Shown here: positions 1-11,868 of the stretch, one piece after another
How the letters are laid out: each line of letters opens with the position of its first letter
How positions within the stretch are numbered: position 1 is the stretch's first letter
Assembly (NCBI RefSeq): GCF_001194135.2
Contig: NC_068986.1
Span: 91,923,260-91,987,259 of the forward strand
Origin: Octopus bimaculoides
Taxonomy: Eukaryota
Reading direction: 5' to 3'
Length of the DNA: 64,000 nt
The notes under the pieces: generated by a model
The model's input: the letters and a program-made list of their open reading frames with translations, nothing else
The model's database searches: none
Told to the model about the DNA's origin: nothing
Position numbers and translations under genes: made by a program

Positions 1-29
1 CTACAATGAACCACAACTGCTGCTGGATT

Positions 30-352
30 TCTTGTTGTTGGCACTCCGTCGCTTCAGACGTCGAGGGTTCCAGTTGATCCGATCAACGGAACAGCCTGCT
101 CGTGAAATTAACGTGCAAGTGGCTGAGCATTCCACAAGCACGTGTACCCTTAACGTAGTTCTCTGGGATATTTAGCGTGACACATTGTGACAAGGCTGAC
201 CCTTTGAATTACAGGCACAACAGAAACAGGAAGTAAGAGTGAGAGAAAGTCGTGGTGAAAGAGTACAGCAGGGTTCGCCACCATTCCCTGCTGGAGCCTT
301 GTGGAACTTTAGGTGTTTTCGCTCAATAAACACTCACAACGCCCGGTCTGGG
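30..352 (-). mobile_element. tRNA-derived SINE, family D (5'-truncated copy)
   Basis: Reverse complement of the copies at 25201 and 53064; (CAA)n tail. Confidence 0.85.
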
Positions 353-1302
353 CTACTGGATAATATAAACTTAAATATACAACCACTTAACATGTTTTGA
401 CCTTTTGAGATCCANNNNNNNNNNNNNNNNNNNNNNNNNNNNNNNNNNNNNNNNNNNNNNNNNNNNNNNNNNNNNNNNNNNNNNNNNNNNNNNNNNNNNN
501 NNNNNNNNNNNNNNNNNNNNNNNNNNNNNNNNNNNNNNNNNNNNNNNNNNNNNNNNNNNNNNNNNNNNNNNNNNNNNNNNNNNNNNNNNNNNNNNNNNNN
601 NNNNNNNNNNNNNNNNNNNNNNNNNNNNNNNNNNNNNNNNNNNNNNNNNNNNNNNNNNNNNNNNNNNNNNNNNNNNNNNNNNNNNNNNNNNNNNNNNNNN
701 NNNNNNNNNNNNNNNNNNNNNNNNNNNNNNNNNNNNNNNNNNNNNNNNNNNNNNNNNNNNNNNNNNNNNNNNNNNNNNNNNNNNNNNNNNNNNNNNNNNN
801 NNNNNNNNNNNNNNNNNNNNNNNNNNNNNNNNNNNNNNNNNNNNNNNNNNNNNNNNNNNNNNNNNNNNNNNNNNNNNNNNNNNNNNNNNNNNNNNNNNNN
901 NNNNNNNNNNNNNNNNNNNNNNNNNNNNNNNNNNNNNNNNNNNNNNNNNNNNNNNNNNNNNNNNGGGGGGGGGGGAGCACAAAAACAACTACTACTACTG
1001 CTACTAGAGACCATTTGTGTTATTCTTTCCAAGTTAATTAATATTGATGCAAATTATTACTCTCTCCTTTAACAGAGTCCACTCTGTTGTAAGTCAGGCC
1101 ACATCTCCAGTGAAAATATATCATCCTCCTTCCCTTCCAATAATCACGGAGGCGATGTAAAGGACCATGGGCATTGGCATACACTCTGAAAAAGAAATTT
1201 CATTACTTTCCATGTCTGGAGGAAGGACCAGTGCCCATAGTCACTGCAGGCCCCCAGAGACCAGATAAATTGGTACCATTAATGTTAACATACCACTTAA
1301 AC

Positions 1303-1630
1303 CAGGTGTTCTCAACCATTTTTTATCTATAGATCCCTACTTTATATGGGTGGACCCCCATAGCCATTCAATGTTTAAAAACTAGTTTTTGAGAAACTTC
1401 TTTCAAGATTTCTATTTTTGTTTTTCACACATTAACTTGTGGAGATTGAACTATGTAAAATGTTCAGGAAACAAACCTAACGGTTTCTTGCAATACATAC
1501 ATATAAAGCATAATTTTTTCAGGAGACCTTAAAATACCATTGTGGATCCCCGATTTACTATTTTATGTGGAACCCCGAAAATCTTATATGGACCCTCAGG
1601 GTTCATATGGCTCCTGGTTGAGAACTGCTG
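1303..1630. mobile_element. hAT/Charlie-like MITE
   Basis: TIRs CAGGTGTTCTCAACC / GGTTGAGAACTGCTG; 8-bp TSD ACTTAAAC / GCTTAAAC (7/8 match). Confidence 0.85.
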
Positions 1631-1974
1631 GCTTAAACAGTTGTAAGTTGACATCTGTGAGAAAGATATGGGCATAGTGGAAATTCCAAAGGTTCAACGT
1701 TCTGAGAAGTGCTGGGCGTAGGGGTTAGTGCAGAACATCGGACTTTGTCCCATTCCCTTGCGCATGTCGATTTACAACTACTCANNNNNNNNNNNNNNNN
1801 NNNNNNNNNNNNNNNNNNNNNNNNNNNNNNNNNNNNNNNNNNNNNNNNNNNNNNNNNNNNNNNNNNNNNNNNNNNNNNNNNNNNNNNNNNNNNNNNACGT
1901 ACATATCAGTGAAAGACATACATAGGAGAAAAAAAGAACATTGGGGCTGTACTGAGGCGTCCGACAAAAATATC

Positions 1975-2178
1975 GGCTATCTTTCGTTTTGATTACATTT
2001 TACGTCATTTCTAATCCACGTGCGTTTGTTTATGTTTCCGTAAAAGGATTTTAGGGTTAGGGTTATGTAACCCTAACCCTAAAACCCTTTTACGGAAAGT
2101 GACGATCTTATTTAGAAACATAAACAAACGCACGTGGATTAGAAATGACGTAAAATGTAATCAAAACGAAAGATCGCC
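1975..2178. mobile_element. Fold-back MITE with GG...CC ends, 8-bp TSD and an internal telomeric-repeat hairpin (Merlin-like)
   Basis: About 62-bp TIRs; TSD AAAATATC at 1967-1974 and 2179-2186. Inner hairpin at 2036-2097 contains TTAGGGTTAGGGTTA-TG-TAACCCTAACCCTAA. Confidence 0.8.
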
Positions 2179-2594
2179 AAAATATCTTGAGAGGTTCGTT
2201 CCCAGTGATTTGTACAAACAATCCCTTGGCAATACTGTAACGATGCTATTATTCACAAAGTGAACACGTGCACACACACAAACTTTATTCATGATATAAG
2301 GGAGGTAACTTTCATGTCCTTCCAGCCGTTTCCAACAGAAAAGAGTTTCTTTTCCAAGGGACGTAATTAACACAACTCAATAATTTGGAGAAGACATTTC
2401 AGACGTGTTGGCAGATAAAATTATATTTCACTGTGTACCATAGAATATATATATATGCATATATCTGTATCTAAATAACTGGATATTTACGAGTATATAC
2501 ATTTATATATGCATATTTAAAGTAAATTTATTAATATCTATATATATATTTCTGTATTTCCTCATCTGTGGATTATTAAACAACTGCGAAGGCC

Positions 2595-3026
2595 ATGTCT
2601 GGGAGTTATTACTTCGCTATCGTGGGGCACCACGACAATCCAATATTCGAAATGGAAACCTGCCCGCCCAATCACAAGAACCACGACCTGAAGAAGGACG
2701 ACCACCGACACTTGAACCAGTTCATAGCTCACGCCGCTTTGGACCTGGTCGACGAACAGATGTGGACGACGAATAACATGTATCTGAAAATTGGAGATAA
2801 ATTTAACGAATGGTTCGTCTCGTCTTTCGTGACAGCCAGTCGCATCCGATTCATTATGTTACACGACGTAAAACACGAGGACGGCATCAAGAATTTCTTT
2901 ACGGACGTCTACGAGATTTACATCAAACACACATTGAATCCTTTCTATGAGATCAATACACCCATCAAGTCGCCTGTCTTCGAAAGGAAATGCCATTTCT
3001 TTGCAAGGAAATACCTTTCCGGATGA
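2595..3026 (+). CDS. TRAPPC2: Trafficking protein particle complex subunit 2 (sedlin), single-exon ORF, 143 aa
   Basis: The translation [21 protein letters not shown]...[20 protein letters not shown]...[20 protein letters not shown]...[14 protein letters not shown]...NPFY is the sedlin family signature. ATG context GCC-ATG-T, stop TGA, no introns in the CDS. Confidence 0.96.
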   Translation: MSGSYYFAIVGHHDNPIFEMETCPPNHKNHDLKKDDHRHLNQFIAHAALDLVDEQMWTTNNMYLKIGDKFNEWFVSSFVTASRIRFIMLHDVKHEDGIKNFFTDVYEIYIKHTLNPFYEINTPIKSPVFERKCHFFARKYLSG

Positions 3027-3980
3027 TGAAGCGAATGGCTTTGTTTTCATAAATTTAGACTGTTGTTTGTTATGTATGGATGTATGTGTATCGAGTTATG
3101 TTTGTGTGATGCGATGAATATGTTTATATATTCCTGCCCTAACTCTTCGAAACACCAGTGTTAGAATGGGGGCAGCTGATGAAGGAAATGTTTTCTATGT
3201 AGCCTGTGTGTTTTCTGTACTCTGTTTATCATTTTGTCCACGTTTTGTTTGCAACGTCCTGTACCCAGATATGCATCTATATATACAAGTAGATGTAGGT
3301 ATGTACATACATGTATGTATATATGCATATACTCATTTATTATTTGTAATGTATGTATTATCTGGGTGTGTTTGTGTGTTGCGATGAGTGACGGACGATT
3401 GTGCTTATATGTATCTGATAATAATATTTGTTAATTGTATAAACTAGTCACTGTTATATATGGATTATACGTTCGAAGCTGATGGTTCATTCCATTGGTA
3501 CTCCAAGTTTGTGGTAAAGAAATTTCGAGCGAATAAATAAACTCTACTAATCTTTCACCCATTGATACATTCAAATATATGTATGCGTTTGTTCCTATTG
3601 TTTTTTTTTCTCTGGCTTACGAATTATTAAACGACTATATGTGTATGTGTGTGTATATACGTACTGCGTGACCGTCCCGCCGTCAATTAGAGACAACGAT
3701 TTACGTACTTTATATTGATCAGATAAGAGAAGTGAAGTGAGAAGAATAATTGTTTGTTCCATTCGTTGACGTATACCTTGTGTGAATGTTTAACAAGAGA
3801 AGTGAAACTTGTAATGCGTAATGTGGCTCTATTCGGTGTGGGCAGTAAACACCCTCTGAGTCAATCTGGAGCAAAGAAGTATAATGTACGGCAGAAAGGT
3901 TGCCCCGATTTCGAAGGTTAATAAAAAACAAACGCATGGAAAATACATGAAAAAACTTTGTATTTCTATGAAGTTCATTA

Positions 3981-4484
3981 GGTCCAGATGGACTATATGT
4001 AATCTGAATCTTTCCCCCCTTGTTTTATTTTTTTTTTTTTACGGAATCCCACGTTTTAGGCTATGGAGATTCCGATTCTGAAAAAATATTTNNNNNNNNN
4101 NNNNNNNNNNNNNNNNNNNNNNNNNNNNNNNNNNNNNNNNNNNNNNNNNNNNNNNNNNNNNNNNNNNNNNNNNNNNNNNNNNNNNNNNNNNNNNNNNNNN
4201 NNNNNNNNNNNNNNNNNNNNNNNNNNNNNNNNNNNNNNNNNNNNNNNNNNNNNNNNNNNNNNNNNNNNNNNNNNNNNNNNNNNNNNNNNNNNNNNNNNNN
4301 NNNNNNNNNNNNNNNNNNNNNNNNNNNNNNNNNNNNNNNNNNNNNNNNNNNNNNNNNNNNNNNNNNNNNNNNNNNNNNNNNNNNNNNNNNNNNNNNNNNN
4401 NNNNNNNNNNNNNNNNNNNNNNNNNNNNNNNNNNNNNNNNNNNNNNNGGGGGGGGGTTCAGATTACATATAGTCCATCTCTACC
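3981..4484. mobile_element. MITE with GG...CC ends and 8-bp TSD, spanning an assembly gap (Merlin-like)
   Basis: TIR GGT(CC/AG)AGATGGACTATATGTAATCTGAA at both ends; TSD GTTCATTA at 3973-3980 and 4485-4492. Confidence 0.8.
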
Positions 4485-6011
4485 GTTCATTAAATGCCAG
4501 AGACTTGTACAGCTGGACGAAGACAACAGGGGTGATGAAGTCTAATGATCGTTGGATGACCCCAAGGATTCGATTTGCTTTTGCACTTCATCTAACAAGG
4601 AAAACTACCCTGGTTTATCCTTTACTTGAGGTAACAATGTAGCATTGTTGTGTTAGCGCCAGATCAGTCCCTGGTTAGGCTAAACATGATTAGAGCCTAA
4701 AGGAACAATTTGGCAAGGGAAAATCAAATTACTTTTATATTCAAGGAGATGTAGTGACTCTCAAACTTCATGTGGGTAGTGAGTCTAATTTTTCTCTCAT
4801 CTGGGAGAAGCTTGACGGATTGTCTCAATCACCTCAATGGCTCTTCTAGCTGCAGTCCATTGTACTTATGATGAAAAACATTTCAGATGTAGTATTCCCC
4901 TTATTATTTTTTTTCAAGACAATGGGTCGTGATTGATGGAATATTCGGGGCTGCTGTTTTTATAAGGACAAGTTAGCATGTTGAATAAGCATATCAAAGT
5001 GAGTGAGCAAGTTATACTTATGTGTGTTTTTGTGTATATTTAAATGTTGGTTTCACACTTGTGAATTGCAGTTAATCAAAAAAAAAAAAAAAAAGGACTC
5101 AATACTGTAAGATAGAGCGGAATGGCATTAATTATTCAAAGCTCAATCTGCATGAGTCAACTAATTAATTACTAATTCCAGGTCTTTTATAATAATAATG
5201 TATGTGTGTGTGTGTGTACGCATACATGTTCCTTGTGTATGTGATTTTTTTTTTTTTTGTGTTAAATCATTCCAAGATGTTTTTCTTACATTAATTACTA
5301 TTCTATTCAACTTTGACCCACACACACTTGTGAAATATCCACTTATTCTCAGAGTCACCATCTGTGAAACAGAGTATTTCATATGCTGCGGACTTAGTGA
5401 AAATACTTCACTTAATACAGAGACATTCAGGAGCACCTCATAAACAGAAGTCCATGGATACTTGTTTATAGATGTTTTGAAAGTACTTACTGTGATAGTT
5501 GGGGTTCTTCTATTATTAGGGAAACAATGAGAGTACCTCCTTTGTTACAGAGACATACATAGTATCTGGTTTTATACAGAAACTGAGAGCAACACATTTT
5601 TTTGTTTTTTACAGAGGTACATGGGGTACCCACACACAAAATGCAACACTCACATGGGGTACTATACAGATACATTCAACCATATCATACTCGGGTGCTT
5701 TAAATGAGGCAGTGTGAATGGGAAGAAAAATGAAAACAATACTTTGTAATGTCAATAAATTTTATTTATTTTGAAAATCTGAGGATTTTTTGATAAATTC
5801 CTCCTGAAACTTGTAATTAATAAAACTGTTTATGATGATTGAATACTTTATTGCAGTGTTTAATTCTTTATATCCTGCTGAACTCTTTTATGTCTTTCAG
5901 TTTCATCCTTCCAGTGTGATAAAATATGAACCAGTGAACTAAAGCGGTTGATTAAAATAGCTACACTCCCTTTTCCCAAACCATGATCTTGTGGTCATAT
6001 TAGAAATTATT

Positions 6012-6533
6012 ATTGAGTCAGAGAGCAGTGCATGCCATCAAAGTGACACTGGGGTAAAATATACGAAGCCCAGTATACCCATCATGACTACCTGTCTGAT
6101 AAGGGTACACCAGGAACATGCATCACAACCATATGTGCACAACATGGTGATATCATATCAAGATAAATAGTGCATGACCTTGCAGGTGGGGCCTAATTAG
6201 AATTTTCTTCAGGTCGAGTAGCCCATCCTGCTCAAAAGGTCCCTGAATAAGGTTTGTTTAAGGATGTTGAGCAAAACACCCATGTTTCCAAAGGTGAATT
6301 ATCCAAACCCCAAAGAATTCCTCTCAACACATGGCTATGATGCTCCACCACTACTGCTCGTGATCAGAGATGCACATATCATCAGCGACTAAGGGACATG
6401 TTCAGCTGGTTAAGGTCAAACAACTGACAAGCAAATCTTTTATACCAAGACAAAACAATGTACACAATAACACTTCCAATCAGTTAAGATCAGAAGCCAT
6501 GACAAGCCACTTCCTGGTACTGCATCAGGGCAT
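6012..6533 (-). mobile_element. About 520-bp interspersed element inserted in an (ATT)n tract, with an (AAT)n tail; class uncertain
   Basis: A complex block bounded on both sides by ATT repeats, with no ORF. Recognised as an abundant octopus repeat from memory only. Confidence 0.55.
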
Positions 6534-6555
6534 TTATTATTATTATTATTGTTAT

Positions 6556-7010
6556 TGTCAAGGTGGTGAGCTGGCAGAATTGTTAGCATGCTGGACAAAA
6601 TGTTGAGTGGCATTTCGTATGTCTTTATGTTCTGAGTTCAAATTCTGCCGAGATCAACTTTACCTTTCATCCTTTTGGGGTCGACAAATTAAACACCAGT
6701 TGAGTACTAGGCTTGATGTAATCAATTTAACCTCTTCCCCAAAATTTCAGGCCTTGTGCCTTTAGTAGAAAGGATTATTATTATTATTATTATCAAGGTG
6801 GTGAGCTGACAATCATTAGCACACTGGGCAAAATGCTTAATGGCATTTTGTCCGCCTGAGTTCAAATTCTGCTGAGGTTGACTCTGCCTTTCATCCTTTT
6901 GAGATTGGTAAAATAAGTACCAGTTGAATACTGGGGTTGATGTAATCGACTAGCTCCTTCCCCCAAAATTTCAGGCCTTGTGCCTGTAGCAGAAAGGATT
7001 ATTATTATTA
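6556..7010 (+). mobile_element. Two tandem copies of tRNA-derived SINE family B
   Basis: GGTGGTGAGCTGGCAGAA head ... GAGTTCAAATTC B-box ... CCTTTCATCCTTT.GGGGTCGA core, each copy ending in (ATT)n. Confidence 0.85.
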
Positions 7011-7174
7011 TTATTATTATTACTATGTTCCATCCTTGCCAGAGTCAGCTTAGCCTTTTGTCCCTCTGAAGTGGATAAACTAAAACAAGTCAAGTATTAG
7101 CAGCAATGTAATCAAGTGACCCACCTGCCTCACAAAACTTCTGGTCTTGTGGCTATATTAGAAACATTATTTAT

Positions 7175-7507
7175 ATTATTTACATTGGACAGATATGTGT
7201 CCTCATCTTGTTTGTTGTTACCACAATGTTTCGGCTGATTTACTCTCCAGCCTTCATCAGGTGTCTTGGAAGAATTCTGAACCCAACTCTGGGTTCTAAT
7301 TCCTGAAGTATTTTTTTTGCTTGATATTATTATTATTATTTATTCAAGGCACTGCCTGAAAATGATGATAACGTAAGCAAAATTGAGAACACGGTTGAGT
7401 TCAAAATTCTACCAGGACACCTGATGAAAGCTGGAGAGTAAATCAGCCGAAACATTGTGATAACAACAAACAAGATGAAGACACATATCCATCCAATGTA
7501 AATAATA
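7175..7507. mobile_element. Palindromic element with inverted HHR-bearing arms (Penelope pLTR-like)
   Basis: Arms of about 110 bp in inverted orientation. Each contains GACAC-CTGATGA-stem-GAAAC-ATT-GTG (7220-7265 minus; 7416-7461 plus). Confidence 0.75.
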
Positions 7508-8539
7508 ATAGATCCTTGGGAAGGATCTATTAAGAAACTAGATGATCTCTAGTTTAACTCTGTCTTGAGCTTGAGGACTCATATGGCTGGAGCTAAACCC
7601 AGGTTCCATGGCATGTCACTGAGACTGTTATACTCTCCCTTGAACAGACATCGGTCTGTTGCAGAGTTAACTTCTCAGCTATTTTTGGAACATGTTTACG
7701 GCTGAGTGGACTGAAGCAAAGTGAAATGGAGTGTTTTGCTTAAGAATACAGCACACTGCTTGGTCCAGGAATTGAAACCTTGATAATATGATCACGAGTG
7801 CAATACCTTAAGCACTTGACGACATGCCTTCCCAAACGACCCTTAGAAGAATTAATATTTTTGGAATTCCTTTAACTTTTACATACTTTCAGAAACATTT
7901 TTTCACACTCAGGGTTGCTGAAGCATGGAACAAACTACTTGCATCAGCTATTAGTTGCTGAGACATTGCATCCTTTAAAACTTCCATGCTTCCGAAAATT
8001 TGCCAACACTACACCTGATATTCCCCCTCCATATGCAAGCACACATGTATATCTTGACTCATACACTGTTCACTTTCCTGACATTTTTACATAATTCTAT
8101 ATACTATACATGCACCTTTGATGAGTTGTAGTACACCTGAGCACTATACACAATAATTTCAGCATTATTATTATTATTATATGCTTCAGCAATAAAGCAC
8201 TCTTCTCATTGATTTAGGATAAAATGTTTCTGTGAAGCTATCTTGTTATTGATCAAAACCTGTCAAATATTTATGAGCCTTTTCTTAGTTCTCTGGGCTC
8301 TAGATTAAGTAACAGACTGCCCCAACTCCATTCTCAAAGGTCCTGTTCCAGAGACTAGGCTTCCTCTTCTAAATTGAAAAATATTTCATCTCATTAACTA
8401 CAAAGTTCAGTGTGACTCACATTGGGAGAGACCTGCTGCTTCACATACCAACATTTCAGATCATTTCCAGATAAAAGATAATTAAGCTGATAAGAAGTGA
8501 TTCAACCCTACAGCCACTCTTTCTTCTGCTACTCAAATG

Positions 8540-9190
8540 GGATTATATATCCCTATAAAAGCTCACAGGTTTTATATATCTAAACAAGTCAATGGCTTTT
8601 CATGCTTGTATAGAAACCCATGAGAAATTAAGCCCATGGAATTCTAAATCTCTATACAAGTCAATGGGATGCTATATCTCTATATTAGTTCATGGGCTTA
8701 TATATCTCAACATAAGACCATAGAACTTTATATCTCTATATAAGCCCATGGGTCTTTATTTCCCTATATAAACCCATGATTCTCTATATCACTATAATCC
8801 CATTGGACTATATCTATATAAGCCAACAGGATTTTATATCTCTGTACAAGTCCATGTGATTTTATATCTCTATAGAAGCCCATAGAATTTTCTATATCTG
8901 TAAAAGACCTTGAAATTCTACATCTCTACACAAGCTCATGTGTTCTTATATTTCTAGAGAAATTTATGTAATTCTGCAGGTTGTCTACAAAGTCTGGGTA
9001 CATGGGGATTAACACATACTTTAAGAAATTATCATTTCTTATATTTAATTGTTTATGTTATGATTTTCTTTACTCCATGTACCCAGACTTTGTGGACACC
9101 CTGTATATCACTCATGAAGTTTTCTATTACTATAGAAGCTTTTGGAATTCTATTTCTCTATACAAGCCCATGGGTTTCTATAACTAAGCC
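8540..9190. repeat. Degenerate ~30-bp minisatellite (consensus ~TTTTATATCTCTATATAAGCCCATGGGA)
   Basis: The motif TATATCTCTATA.AAG.CCATG recurs at about 29-31 bp spacing. Confidence 0.75.
8977..9103. mobile_element. Tc1/mariner-type MITE inserted in the minisatellite
   Basis: TIRs CAGGTTGTCTACAAAGTCTGGGTACATGG / CCATGTACCCAGACTTTGTGGACACCCTG, followed by TA. Confidence 0.8.
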
Positions 9191-9648
9191 CATCTCTTAC
9201 ACCTCTAACCGTCCCGTTTTTATTTAAATACAGACATTGTGTTATCTAGAACTACATTATCTACTTTATTCTTCATTTTTCTCTCTTTTAGATGGTAGCA
9301 TATGATTTGATGGAAGATTGGTTACTCTTTCTAAGAAGTGTACTGCTTACATATCTGGGGTAATGCATCAGAAACACAGAAACATTCTAAGCAAATCTTC
9401 ACTCACCAACACACTGGGACCCTCAGTACTCTCTATTCTCTTGCCTCTTATCACAGTCTCATGTGATCGACCAAACTATTGGATGTTGTTACACATCGTT
9501 GGTCACAATGTACTTCACATTGTTAAATCTTTCAGATGACGCCACCCTGCTGGCTAGGCAACATTCCTTTAATTGGATGGTTATCCCACAAGAGAGTGGG
9601 ACCGGAACAACATGAAATGAAGTTCTTTGTCCAAAAACACAACGCGCC

Positions 9649-10030
9649 ACATCATCATCATCATTGTTTAACGTCCGCTTTCCATGCTAGCATGGGTTGG
9701 ACGATTTGACTAAGGACTGGTGAACCAGATGGCTACACCAGACTCCAATCTGATTTGGCAGAGTTTCTACAGCTGGATGCCCTTCCTAACGCCAACCACT
9801 CCGAGAGTGTAGTGGGTGTTTTTACGTGTCACCCGCACAAAGGCCAGTCAGGCAGCACTGGCAACGGCCATGCTCAAAATGGTGTATTTTACGTGCCACC
9901 CACACAAGTGCCAGTCCAGGGGCACTGGCAACGATCTTGCTCGAAAGTCCTTACACATGCCACGGGCACAAGTGCCAGAAAGGCGACGCTGGGCACAGGT
10001 GCCGGTCTGGAAATCAAACCCATGATTTAA
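9649..10030 (-). mobile_element. Family C repeat (RTE-like 3' end with (GAT)n tail and internal tandem subrepeats)
   Basis: CATCATCAT-GTTTAACGTCCGCTTTCCATGCTAGCATGGG...GATGCCCTTCCTAACGCCAAC, shared with more than 12 copies in the window. Confidence 0.85.
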
Positions 10031-11868
10031 CGATTGTGAATACAATACTCTAAACACTCTGCCACACGCCTTCACTTTGCCGCTTATACCACTGCTATAA
10101 TCGCTTCACTTCCTCTAAAATAGTGGTACATCACTCATGTTCACCAATATTCAAAATCCACAGAATATTTGTCTTTCACTGTAATACAACTCATCCCTCT
10201 AATCTGTCCGTCCGTCTATCTCCCCACCTTCTATATTTTTCTTATGGGCATTTGAACTTCAGTTACACTTACCACAACTGCATGGGAAGTCTTTCAAATG
10301 CTATGGACACAACTTCAATTCTTCAACCAAAATAACAAAATGGAAGTATTGTAATTCTAAACTGCTACGGCTGTGTAGTTAAAAAGGCTTGCTTCACAAC
10401 CATATGATGTTGGTTTTAGGTTCAGTCTCACTGCGGGTCAACTTCAGTAAATATTTTCTGCTATGACTCCAGACTAGTGACTAGATTTGGTTGACGGAAA
10501 CCAAAACAATCCTGTCAATTGCATGTATTATCTATCTGTCTATCTATGATTATACTTATCATCATAATTTTATGTGTGTGCATGTATGTATGCGTGTGTG
10601 TGTGTGTGATCATACTCATCATTGTCGTTTTATGAGTGTAAGGAATTTGAACCCATGCTGGGAAGAACCCAATTGGCACCTGAATGCAGCGGTTTTGATA
10701 ATTAATGTCTCAGTGGTCCAATCACTAGATCTAATGATCGATCGATTTATAGCACAAATGGATGAGTACTTCACAAACACTTATTTTCTGGTACAAGCCT
10801 TCCCACAGGATTCGACCTACTCAATGTCACACGAGTCAACGAAGATGCTTGCAGTCGCTCAGCGTTGGGGAAATAGCAGCCAAGTCTCTCACAGCCTACT
10901 GTCTTAAAAACAAGACACATTGGATAATTTAGTCATAGATGCAGTCTCGAAAAAAAAAAAAGTCGTATTGATCATTGCCCTCTACCAATGCCACGTTAGT
11001 ATGATGAAACCCGAGGCGAAATGATTGTAAAACGAATATCTTAAAACCACTTGGCCATGCCTGCATACATCTTCTGTATAAGAATGTGTAGATTAGTCCA
11101 AAGTCTGATAACGGGTGACGTAGGCAGTAGAGTTGATTAGGTGAAGTTTTCAACGACGTGGTTGCTGTTGACTTATGATCGTCAGCGATCCACATGTGAC
11201 CGTCTCATCTTTTATTCAGATATACTAGCTTCAGGACTACATTTACCTATCTATTATTTCTCCTTCTTTTGGGATGGTGGCGTGAATTGCGAAAACTTTG
11301 ACTGCTATTTCTAGCAAGTTGAGTGACCGCATAAAGCCTCCCACCTCTTTGGATCATTTGGGATTCGTGACGTGGTATATTGTTAAGTGTTAAGATAAGG
11401 TGGAAGTTTCTTTCATTTTAAAGTAAAGGATATTTTTTATGAGTATTTTGCTGTTTTCTTCTGCCCAATACAGTAGAAAGAAATAAGTTAAAATGAGGTA
11501 CTGCTTGTTATTCGTTTAAATCTTGAAATTTGTCATTTTTTCAATTTAATTCCTTTTTATATATCTTTTATTTTTCTGTTCCGTCTCTTTATTTCATTCT
11601 TCGCTCTTTTTTCTTTTTTTTTCACTCATCACTTTTAATTTAATCTTCCTCGTTATTGTTTTTTAATTTATTATCTTTATTTTTTTCTCTCTCTGCTTCT
11701 TCGCTCTGAGATAACGAGAAAAGGATTATATTATTGGTGCGATTTTTTAAAAATCGATCTCACAGATAAAAGTCATTCACGAAGGATTTGAACTCAGCCT
11801 GTTACCCTGTACCTGTTTCTCTAACTTCAGTCAGCTCCAAATAGCACGAGATATTTGGCGCCCGTAAG

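Noticed and set aside
2051-2082. TTAGGG repeats as a telomere or chromosome fusion site
   Set aside because: There are only about two units per side, and they sit inside a TSD-flanked MITE.
3024-3029. TGATGA after TRAPPC2 as selenocysteine readthrough
   Set aside because: The protein ends at the normal family length, and no SECIS is evident.
4462-4630. 56-codon open frame ending at GAG|GTAACA
   Set aside because: Its 5' part is the TIR and TSD of the 3981-4484 MITE. The remaining 43 codons match nothing I recognise, so chance is plausible.
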